From: Sodaliphilus sp.
Lineage (GTDB): Bacteria; Bacteroidota; Bacteroidia; Bacteroidales; Muribaculaceae
Assembly: GCA_045628365.1 (NCBI GenBank)
Contig: JAZQPG010000162.1
Span: 1 to 55,042, forward strand
Length of the DNA stretch: 55,042 nucleotides
Direction: 5' to 3'
Part shown: piece after piece, positions 8,548 through 16,615 of the stretch
How positions within the stretch are numbered: position 1 is the first letter of the stretch
How the letters are laid out: each line of letters opens with the position of its first letter
Notes under the pieces: generated by a model
The model's input: only the letters and a program-made list of their open reading frames with translations
Told to the model about the DNA's origin: nothing
Database searches by the model: none
Position numbers and translations under genes: made by a program

Positions 8548-9669
8548 ATGAATACACTTGAGAAGAAATATGACTTTGACAGGGTGGTGCGCCTGGTACT
8601 CACCGTGGCCACCATTGCCCTGAGCATCTACGTTATCAACTACCTGGCGCCGGTGTTGTTGCCGTTCCTGGTGGGATTCCTGCTGGCCTACATGCTGGAG
8701 CCCGTGGTGCTGTGGGTCAAGAAGGTCACGCACCTCAAGCGACGCATAGGTCCCGTTATCATCACCCTGCTCATGCTCATCGTGGTGCTGACAGCATTCT
8801 TCTGGCTGCTTGTCCCGTATCTCGTGGACGAGGTGACCGACATGACACAGCTGCTTGCCCAGTATGCCAAGCATTCGTTCAAGATTCCATATCTGCCCCC
8901 AGCGGTGCAAGAGTATATCAACAACAACATTGATGTCAACCACATCTCCACGCTACTGAGCAAGGAGCAGTGGATGAAGCTGTTCAACAACGTAGCGACG
9001 GGCACATGGACCGTGCTGGGCGGCACGTGGAACATCGTCATGAGCGCCGTGTCGTCACTCATCGTGCTGCTCTACATGGTGTTTGTCATGCTCGACTACG
9101 AGAAGCTGTCCCACGGTTTCAAGGCCGCCATCCCCGCCCGTTACCGCTACATGTCGCTGCGCGTTATTCATGACGTGCAGGACACCATGAGCCGCTACTT
9201 CCGTGGCCAGGCGCTGGTGTCGCTCTTCGTGGGCATCATCTTTGCCATCGAGTTCTCCATCATCGGGCTGCCCATGGCGGTTGTCTTCGGCCTGTTCATA
9301 GGCGTCCTCAACCTGGTGCCTTACCTGCAGCTCACCTCGGTGCCTATCGCGGCGTTCCTGTGCCTGGTGGCATCGGTGTCGGGTGGCAGTTTCTGGATGC
9401 TGTTTGCGTGGACCATAGGCGCCTACTGCCTGTGCCAGCTCATCCAGGACCTGGTGCTCATCCCCGCCATCATGAAACAGCAGATGGGGCTCAACCCCGC
9501 CATCATCTTCCTGTCGCTCTCGCTGTGGGCCTACGTGCTGGGCTTCATAGGCCTCATCATCGCCCTACCCCTCACCACGCTCATCATCAGTTACTACAAC
9601 GAGTTCATCCTGAACCGCCCCCGCCACCACCACAAAAGCAAGAATGCCAAAAAAACAGAGGCGCAGTGA
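8548..9669 (+). CDS. AI-2E family (PerM/TqsA) transporter
   Basis: Multiple TM segments; PFLVGFLLAYMLEP, YFRGQ, LNLVPYL, GLNPAII, IIALPLT. Confidence 0.9.
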   Translation: MNTLEKKYDFDRVVRLVLTVATIALSIYVINYLAPVLLPFLVGFLLAYMLEPVVLWVKKVTHLKRRIGPVIITLLMLIVVLTAFFWLLVPYLVDEVTDMTQLLAQYAKHSFKIPYLPPAVQEYINNNIDVNHISTLLSKEQWMKLFNNVATGTWTVLGGTWNIVMSAVSSLIVLLYMVFVMLDYEKLSHGFKAAIPARYRYMSLRVIHDVQDTMSRYFRGQALVSLFVGIIFAIEFSIIGLPMAVVFGLFIGVLNLVPYLQLTSVPIAAFLCLVASVSGGSFWMLFAWTIGAYCLCQLIQDLVLIPAIMKQQMGLNPAIIFLSLSLWAYVLGFIGLIIALPLTTLIISYYNEFILNRPRHHHKSKNAKKTEAQ

Positions 9670-9724
9670 ACAAACCGCAAAGTAGCCAAATACCACAAAA
9701 CAACTTGATTACATTATTGAAATT

Positions 9725-11590
9725 ATGCAGCATTTAAAGGACGGTGCACTATTATACAATGGAAAATACAGGGTTGTGAAAACTCTGGGACAAGGGAGTT
9801 TCGGCATCACTTATCTAGCCGAGTTCAGTCGCATAAACATGAAGGTTTGCATCAAGGAATTTTTCATGAAAGGCATCAATATGCGATGTGAAGACAGCCA
9901 GGTCTCGGGAATGACACCCGGCAATTTGGCATACGACTATGGTAAAAAGTTCAAGAAAGAGGCCATGAACCTGGGCCGCCTGGTCCATAGTAACATCGTG
10001 AGGGTAATCGATTTCTTTGAAGAGAATGGCACTTGCTACTATGCCATGGAATATATTGACGGGCAAAATCTTAATGATTACATCAAGACTCATTCCTTGA
10101 CTGAAAAAGAGGCATTGGATATTATCACTGCGCTAGCCCGGGCTCTTGACTACATGCACACCGGGCATCACATGCTGCATCTGGACATCAAGCCAAGCAA
10201 CGTGATGCGTAGCTATGACGGTCATATTTACTTGATTGACTTTGGACTGAGCAAATCGTTCAGCGAAGACGGAGCGCCCGAGACGTCTACTGCAGTGGGC
10301 TTGGGAACGCGTGGCTATGCTCCTCCCGAACAAGCCAATGCCATGCATGCGGGCAAACTTAGCCCCACGGTGGATATCTATTCGCTGGGAGCAACATTGT
10401 TTAAATTGCTCACAGGTGAAGTGCCCCAGGATGCAGCGTCACGCATATACTCTGACGATATGCTCACCCGGATATTGATGTCAAGAGGCGTCTCTGCCCG
10501 GACCATCACGTTAGTACTCAAGGCAATGTCGTTGCGTCCCGAAAACCGTTATCAGACCATGAAGGAGTTTATAAACGCACTTGCCCAGTGCCAGAACATG
10601 AACTCACCATATAGTAACGACGAGGCCACGGTGAGGTTACAGGTGCCGGGCATGAGGTCAAGCAATCCCCCTGAACCGCCGCTTGCCCCTGCCCCATCGT
10701 TTTCGCCACGTCAGCCCGCGAAAGATAATCCGGATAAATGGTATATGTGGATTGCAATTGGCACGGCTATTGTTGTTTGCTTGATATTGCTCATCGTTGT
10801 TCTTGCTAAAAATCGATATTCCGGGCCGGTAACTACAGCCACACCAGAGAGTAACACCACCCTAACCACGGCTATACCCGACGAGACAACCGAGGTGGTC
10901 TATGACGTCAGGGGCGTTAAATTCAAGATGATAAAGGTGAGTGGTGGCACTTTTACTATGGGCGCGACATCGGAACAGGGTAATGCTGATGGCGACGAGT
11001 TCCCCTTGCACAAGGTAACGCTTACCGACTACTGGCTGGGCGAGACCGAGGTGACACAGGCATTGTGGAAAGCAGTGATGGGTAGCAATCCGTCTAGAGT
11101 GATAGGTGATAACCTGCCGGTCGACCGCGTGTCATGGGACGAATGTAATGAGTTTATAGAGAAACTGAATGAGTACACAGGAATAAGATTCACTCTTCCC
11201 ACCGAGGCTCAGTGGGAGTATGCCGCCCGCGGCGGTAACAACCCCCATGGCTATAAGTTCAGTGGTAGTAGCAACATAAACGAGGTGGGGTGGTATAGAG
11301 GCAACAGTAGTTGTCCGCAACCTGTTGCCATGCTTGAACCTAACGAGCTGGGGCTTTACGACATGACAGGCAACGTGTGGGAATGGTGTTCAAACTTGTT
11401 TGAGAATTATGACGAACTCCCCGAGTTAGACCCCACGGGCCCGGATATTGGCTCTGATTACGTTTATCGTGGCGGATGCTGGCGCAATGAGGCTAATATA
11501 TGCCGCAATTCCAACCGCGACTCAAATCATTCTTCTTTCAGCGGCCAGTACGGTCTAGGACTGCGCCTCTGCATGAAACCAGAAAAGTAA
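9725..11590 (+). CDS. Ser/Thr protein kinase - TM - FGE-sulfatase (C-type lectin fold) domain protein
   Basis: LGQGSFG, IKE, HLDIKPSN, DFG, GYAPPE; TM IAIGTAIVVCLILLIVVLA; then GGTFTMG, ETEVTQALW, LPTEAQWEYAARGG, NELGLYDMTGNVWEWC, RGG.W, LGLRL. Confidence 0.9.
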   Translation: MQHLKDGALLYNGKYRVVKTLGQGSFGITYLAEFSRINMKVCIKEFFMKGINMRCEDSQVSGMTPGNLAYDYGKKFKKEAMNLGRLVHSNIVRVIDFFEENGTCYYAMEYIDGQNLNDYIKTHSLTEKEALDIITALARALDYMHTGHHMLHLDIKPSNVMRSYDGHIYLIDFGLSKSFSEDGAPETSTAVGLGTRGYAPPEQANAMHAGKLSPTVDIYSLGATLFKLLTGEVPQDAASRIYSDDMLTRILMSRGVSARTITLVLKAMSLRPENRYQTMKEFINALAQCQNMNSPYSNDEATVRLQVPGMRSSNPPEPPLAPAPSFSPRQPAKDNPDKWYMWIAIGTAIVVCLILLIVVLAKNRYSGPVTTATPESNTTLTTAIPDETTEVVYDVRGVKFKMIKVSGGTFTMGATSEQGNADGDEFPLHKVTLTDYWLGETEVTQALWKAVMGSNPSRVIGDNLPVDRVSWDECNEFIEKLNEYTGIRFTLPTEAQWEYAARGGNNPHGYKFSGSSNINEVGWYRGNSSCPQPVAMLEPNELGLYDMTGNVWEWCSNLFENYDELPELDPTGPDIGSDYVYRGGCWRNEANICRNSNRDSNHSSFSGQYGLGLRLCMKPEK

Positions 11591-11660
11591 CCCCCGGCTT
11601 TCCCGGATAGTCGGCTCCTCCCGGCCTTCCCGGCTCTCCCGGTTTTCCCGGCTGTGCCGG
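11590..11660. repeat. Degenerate ~9-bp CCGG tandem array
   Basis: cccggcttt cccggatag ... cccggcctt cccggctct cccggtttt cccggctgt; starts at the kinase stop codon. Confidence 0.8.
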
Positions 11661-11682
11661 TGATCACACTTGCTAGCAATGG

Positions 11683-11722
11683 AAAAAAAAGATGGGGCCT
11701 CACACGCGTGTGAGGCCCCATC
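11683..11722 (-). terminator. Perfect 32-bp palindrome with A-tract; terminator of the same family as 4286/5370
   Basis: GATGGGGCCTCACACGCGTGTGAGGCCCCATC (11691-11722), preceded by A8, between convergent genes. Confidence 0.8.
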
Positions 11723-11746
11723 GCTATTCAGGGTTTATTGGATTCT

Positions 11747-14700
11747 TTACTTGATCACCTTCACTGCCTGGGTTGAACCGTCGGTGAATGTGGTCACGAT
11801 GATGTTCATGCCTTCGAAGGGCACTGTGCTCTGCTGTCCGGCAGCGTTGATGTAGCGCACGCTCTGTACAGCCTTGCTAGCGCTAATGCCGTCGATACCG
11901 GTCACGATACCATCGCTGGAAAGCTCGGCCTCGGCAACGGCTCCGTAAAGTGCAACATATACAGGCTCAGCCATGAGAGCGGGAGCGCTTGCTGCGCCGG
12001 TTGTGGCCTGGGTCATACCCTTGGCACCTACGGTTGCGTTCACCATGACGGGATAAACAGGAGTGATGGCGATGTAAGCAGAGCTTCCGCTAAGGCTTGA
12101 CTCGTCTTCATACACCTTCATTGCATCATTGACATCAAACTCACTCGAGCTTTCACAGTTATAATAAACAGTGTTGAAGAATGTGTTGAAGACGATGTCC
12201 TTAGTACCCAGTGTCATCTCAAACTTGTAGTACTGGGGAGTCATGGGGTAGGGGTAACCGTTCAGAGCGTCAGCAGTGTTCTGAGTCACATCCAGGTTGG
12301 TGATGTAGAACGCATACTCATCAGCACCCTTAGGCTTGTGGTTAGCGATCTTGAATATTGGGATGTAGCGGTCGCCCTTCTCAAAGAGTGAGGTGCTTGT
12401 TGCCATTGCCAAGGGGTTGCCCACGTTGGCATTGAGAGTGTAGTTGCCCTCGGCATCCTTGTAGACAGCAGTAACAGTAACTTCGCTTGCCTCGTCGGGA
12501 TTAATTGCTGCGATTGTAACAGCCTTGTCGCCGGTAGTGGCGGTGTAGAGCTTCTGGGTGCCGCCTGCAGTCACGAGATAAGCGGGCTGGCTAGATGCGC
12601 TGGTCACGTTAGCATCGTTGAAGGGGAGCTCTACGCACACCTTATAATAGTCGGCAGCCACAGCAATATCGTCAACGACGATAGCCTCACTGTTTTCAAC
12701 CTTCTCAACAGTTACGGTAGCATCCTCACCTGCCTTGGGGTTGGGACGCATCATCTCAACAGTCACGGCCTTGCCCTCGCTAACCTTAGCAGCTGATGTT
12801 GTGATGTCCTGATAGTTCATCACGGCGTTGAATGCCTTGTTGTCGAAGTTAGCAGCATTTGCCACATAAGCCAGTGAACCGTCGTTGCGCTTAGCAACAA
12901 CCTTGTGAGTACCGTTGTCGGTTACATCATAGTCACCGATAGTCTCGAGCGATACAGCGGGCTCAGCCTTCTCGGCGTCGAGCTTGAACTGTGCGGGAAC
13001 GGGTGCTACAACCAGTACCTTGTCGCTCCAGTTGATGCCGTTGTTCTTACCAAAGTTGTTCTTGTAGAGCTCAGCGCGCTCGCTCTCGGCCACGGGAGCG
13101 ATGCTAGAGAGCTCGCCAGCCTCGGTGAGGGTCACGTGGTAGATAGCATCGTTGCCTGCGCTGTAAGATACATAGCTGTTGGGGTTAGTGCCCATCTGTG
13201 CCAGCTGCTGTGCAACAGGCTCAACGGTGTAGACACCGGGGAAGTGGATAACGAAGGGGTTAGACTTCACAGTGGTAGTGCGCTGCTTGTCGGTGCCTTC
13301 GATGTTGAATACAACTTCCATCTCAAAGTAGTACTTACCCTCAGTAAGACCTGATTGAGCATCCTGGAATACTGTGGCGGTGGGATTGCCATTGCCCTGA
13401 GCAACGATACCGTTGTTGAGGGTTACGAGCTTACCAGTTGCGGCGTCATAGCAGCGGATGATGTAGCTTGCTACTGACACGCCCTCACCGGGATTAACGC
13501 TGGGCTTGTACTGGCCGTAGTCATACTTGTCGTTGTTCTTGTGTGACTGAGCCTCGATCTGTGCGTTACCAAATGCAAGGGTAGTGTAGATCTTAGAACC
13601 AGTGTTGGGGTGCTCGGTGCTGTAGAAGAACTCAATAGTCTTGAAGTAAGTGGGATTGTCAAACTTGAAGTTACCGTTGCTGCCCTCGGCTGTGCTCACG
13701 CCATAGGTAGTCTCAGCTTCAATCTCGGTACCATCGGTGTCTGTTGACTTGCGGTTGCTGTAACCCCAGTTGCGGTGATAGCTCCACATAGCCTTCCAAC
13801 CATTGTCGTTGATAGCCTCGCCGTTCCAGCCGGTCCAAACCTTAGCAGAACCTACATACCAGATCTCGGGAACTACATAACGATAGTAAACGGTGTTTGC
13901 ATCAAGGTCAAGACCGTTGTAAGCCTCAGCCTCATCGCCGCTCTTGAGTTCGTTCATCCAGTCGGCACCGGTCTTGCCAACATAAGTGCCGTTTTCGCCA
14001 GTAACAGGCTTGAAGGTCATGTTCTCTGAAGAATAGAGACGCTCGCCGCCAATGTTTGCTGTGAAGTAAACGGGGTTCTTGGGGGGCCACATGGTGGTGT
14101 ACATCACGTTGCCCTCACGGTCCTTAACCAGGTTACCGCTTTCGTCATACTGCAGCCAAGCCTCTTGCCAGCCCTTAGATGTAGAAACACCGGCGGGATG
14201 GCCCTCAAATGCGCGGGGAGTCTTGTAGTCCTGGTCCTGCTGCATAGCGTAGCCCACGAGTGAGATGAAGGGCATGCGGCCCTGTGCCGAAGCGTCCTCG
14301 GTGAGCTGGAGCACGTACTTGCCGTCGCTCATAGTAACGTTAGCGTTGTAAAGCTTGCCCTCGCTCAGGTTAGCATTGTTGTCGTCAAAGTCGAGTTCAA
14401 CTGCTGCGGTTTCAAAGAATTCGTCCTTAGCAGTGTAAACGCGTGCACGGTAGTTGTTTGTGCCTTTACCTGTGCGGGCTGCAAAGCCGTCAAGGTGGTA
14501 GTTGCCGTTACCGTCGCGAACCATCTGCCACTCGGGAGTGACGCGGTTGTTGTTGAGCATGTTTGACACGAGGTAAACCACGGGGTTAGCGGTGAAGTCG
14601 TAAGCATCGAGCTCAGCCTCACTGTGTACGCCACGGGGATAAACGGGGATGCCATACTTGCCGCCCTCTCTCAGGTAAACCTTACCGGTGTTTGTGTTGA

Positions 14701-16033
14701 GGTAAACAGTGTAGACATGACCGGGCTGCATGTGATTAGAGTAGTATGCCACATCGCCACGAGTGCTATGTTCGTTTATATCAAGCTCGTTTTCAAGAGT
14801 TAAATCTGCACTGTTGTTACAAATTGTCTTCCAAGAGCTGTCATCGGCCTTTTGCACACGGAATGCCCAACCATTGCCCATTCCTTGCTCATAGCGGAAT
14901 GCATAAGAGAAGATACCCTTGTTATCGTTCAGCAGAATAGAGCATTTGTTCTCGTCCCACTTCTTATCGGCAATATCACCAAAAATGTAAACGGTGCTGT
15001 AAACAGGCGTGTATGCAGGCTCCTCAAGCAATACAATACCAATTGTTTTGTCATTGGTATTAACAGTGATGCGATACCTTCCGTTTTTCAAGAAACCGTC
15101 AGTAGAGTAACTCTTGTTGTCACGGTCTGAGTACATAGCATAAGCGGCAGTGCCACCCATTGCAACCTCGGTGTTGGCATCGTTGCGCAGGAACTTGTAG
15201 TTGTCAAAGTTGGTCTTAGCATGGAATGCATAGTAAGTCATACCGCTAAATCCCATTGTAAAATCGTATGTAAAGATTCCATTGCCGGCATCGGTCATCT
15301 TGCGACCAGCACCGTACGAGTCATCCCATGTTTCGCTAAAGTCAAGTGAACCAAAGATATAAATCTCGTTGATTGCCTCAGCTCCTAGCTTGGTGATGGT
15401 GATTGTTCCTGCTGAGGGGTTGAGAGTGAATCTACAGTTATCACCGCTGGCAGGACTGCCTACGAATGTAATGTTATCCTTAGCGATCCAACTTGAACCG
15501 CCATCTTCAGCCTTTGTGTTCCAGTTACAACCATTGTCGCCATATTGAGCAACCACACTATAGGTGCCGTCGCCATTGGCAGTGAGCTGCTTCCAGCTCC
15601 AGCCTTCACCAGGCCATGGGTGCTTGAGGTAGTAATTTGTCACAACGGGAGTGGGCTCAGTATAAGTTGTCCAGTTACCTTTGAGTTTGCCTCCATCCCA
15701 ATGACTGCAGACAAAAGCGGTTTCTGTGTCGTTGTTAACGGTTAAGTCGTGTGTCTGTTGGCCATTATTGCCATTGTTGAAAATTACGCCATTATTGTTT
15801 CCAATGTCACATTTCCACCAATCTCCTTCGACATGGGTCATAGCTTTTCCAGGCCATGAAGTTCCATCTTGTCCACCATAATAGTGAACATAAGGTTGCG
15901 CCCAAGCGCTGCTTTCTGGTATAGTATTCTTGAAGTAGACGACCTTGGCATTAAGTTGCCCGGCGGTCAACAAGAACACTAACGACAGGAGCATTACCCG
16001 CAAGTAGCGGGAATTTAAACTGTTGTAATGCAT
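11747..16033 (-). CDS. Large secreted protein: N-terminal CBM26-like starch-binding module, SusE/F-like modules, T9SS-CTD-like end
   Basis: Signal peptide. VYFKNT..W.QPYVHYY..WPGKAM..WW..VIFNNG..QT.DL is CBM26-like. IYIFGS..W and VYIFGD..W repeats. C-terminus SVRYINAAG...DGSTQAVKVIK. Confidence 0.75.
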   Translation of the reverse strand: MHYNSLNSRYLRVMLLSLVFLLTAGQLNAKVVYFKNTIPESSAWAQPYVHYYGGQDGTSWPGKAMTHVEGDWWKCDIGNNNGVIFNNGNNGQQTHDLTVNNDTETAFVCSHWDGGKLKGNWTTYTEPTPVVTNYYLKHPWPGEGWSWKQLTANGDGTYSVVAQYGDNGCNWNTKAEDGGSSWIAKDNITFVGSPASGDNCRFTLNPSAGTITITKLGAEAINEIYIFGSLDFSETWDDSYGAGRKMTDAGNGIFTYDFTMGFSGMTYYAFHAKTNFDNYKFLRNDANTEVAMGGTAAYAMYSDRDNKSYSTDGFLKNGRYRITVNTNDKTIGIVLLEEPAYTPVYSTVYIFGDIADKKWDENKCSILLNDNKGIFSYAFRYEQGMGNGWAFRVQKADDSSWKTICNNSADLTLENELDINEHSTRGDVAYYSNHMQPGHVYTVYLNTNTGKVYLREGGKYGIPVYPRGVHSEAELDAYDFTANPVVYLVSNMLNNNRVTPEWQMVRDGNGNYHLDGFAARTGKGTNNYRARVYTAKDEFFETAAVELDFDDNNANLSEGKLYNANVTMSDGKYVLQLTEDASAQGRMPFISLVGYAMQQDQDYKTPRAFEGHPAGVSTSKGWQEAWLQYDESGNLVKDREGNVMYTTMWPPKNPVYFTANIGGERLYSSENMTFKPVTGENGTYVGKTGADWMNELKSGDEAEAYNGLDLDANTVYYRYVVPEIWYVGSAKVWTGWNGEAINDNGWKAMWSYHRNWGYSNRKSTDTDGTEIEAETTYGVSTAEGSNGNFKFDNPTYFKTIEFFYSTEHPNTGSKIYTTLAFGNAQIEAQSHKNNDKYDYGQYKPSVNPGEGVSVASYIIRCYDAATGKLVTLNNGIVAQGNGNPTATVFQDAQSGLTEGKYYFEMEVVFNIEGTDKQRTTTVKSNPFVIHFPGVYTVEPVAQQLAQMGTNPNSYVSYSAGNDAIYHVTLTEAGELSSIAPVAESERAELYKNNFGKNNGINWSDKVLVVAPVPAQFKLDAEKAEPAVSLETIGDYDVTDNGTHKVVAKRNDGSLAYVANAANFDNKAFNAVMNYQDITTSAAKVSEGKAVTVEMMRPNPKAGEDATVTVEKVENSEAIVVDDIAVAADYYKVCVELPFNDANVTSASSQPAYLVTAGGTQKLYTATTGDKAVTIAAINPDEASEVTVTAVYKDAEGNYTLNANVGNPLAMATSTSLFEKGDRYIPIFKIANHKPKGADEYAFYITNLDVTQNTADALNGYPYPMTPQYYKFEMTLGTKDIVFNTFFNTVYYNCESSSEFDVNDAMKVYEDESSLSGSSAYIAITPVYPVMVNATVGAKGMTQATTGAASAPALMAEPVYVALYGAVAEAELSSDGIVTGIDGISASKAVQSVRYINAAGQQSTVPFEGMNIIVTTFTDGSTQAVKVIK

Positions 16034-16102
16034 AATTTGTTAGTAGGTTTAAAGTTTTTATAAGTTATTAGTTTTTATTCCAATACATAAATAATGCAAT
16101 AA

Positions 16103-16110
16103 CAAAGTTA
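16103..16110 (-). promoter_or_regulatory. -7 element (TAACTTTG) for the CBM26-like gene
   Basis: caaagtta on +, about 70 nt upstream of ATG 16033. Confidence 0.6.
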
Positions 16111-16165
16111 CAAAATATGGCGATATTGTGAACATTTAATAAGGCATTTTTAACACAATCGTGAA

Positions 16166-16179
16166 TGAAAACGTTTGCA
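16166..16179. promoter_or_regulatory. LacI-family operator-like palindrome TGAAAACGTTTGCA
   Basis: 12/14 symmetric with a central CG; a second site ATAAAACGTTTTCA at 16311-16324. Confidence 0.45.
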
Positions 16180-16552
16180 AAGGAGAAGGTTTTAATGGAA
16201 AAGTAACAAAAAACACAATTAGGTACCCATCAACTGCGACATGACCCAAACAACCACTTGCATATATATAACATATTATTTCCGTTTTGCACAACCGTAA
16301 CACACTCTAAATAAAACGTTTTCAAGGAACTATACAGCCATGGAATCGCAGAATTTTTGGTTCACATTGAAAAACACGAAGTAGGAGTTTCTTCTAATTA
16401 CTTTAATTTCTGCCAGTTAGAGGTTAATCTCAGAGAGATAGTCCTATCGCTGTAGATAAAAGAACCGTCCCTTTTAGCTAAAATCGGTACAAAACCCGAC
16501 TGTTCCAGTGGTTCTTGCCGCCTTTTCAGCCACTGCAAACTGACGCGAACCT

Positions 16553-16593
16553 AAAAACGGGCTACCGCAACACGTGTATTACAGTAGCCCGTT
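16553..16593 (-). terminator. Intrinsic terminator closing the dockerin/PUL locus
   Basis: AACGGGCTAC...GTAGCCCGTT stem with an A-tract (U-tract on minus), 22 nt after the 16616 stop. Confidence 0.75.
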
Positions 16594-16615
16594 GATGTGA
16601 TTGGAACCTAGCGAA

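Noticed and set aside
9725-11590. FGE domains here and at 54057..55042 as true formylglycine-generating enzymes
   Set aside because: They lack the catalytic Cys pair after RGGS and no sulfatase is nearby; better explained as CLec-fold binding domains.
16180-16550. ncRNA, riboswitch or small gene in the long AT-rich intergenic region
   Set aside because: No ORF of 60 aa or more in the track and no recognisable conserved RNA motif; an Rfam/Infernal scan would be needed.
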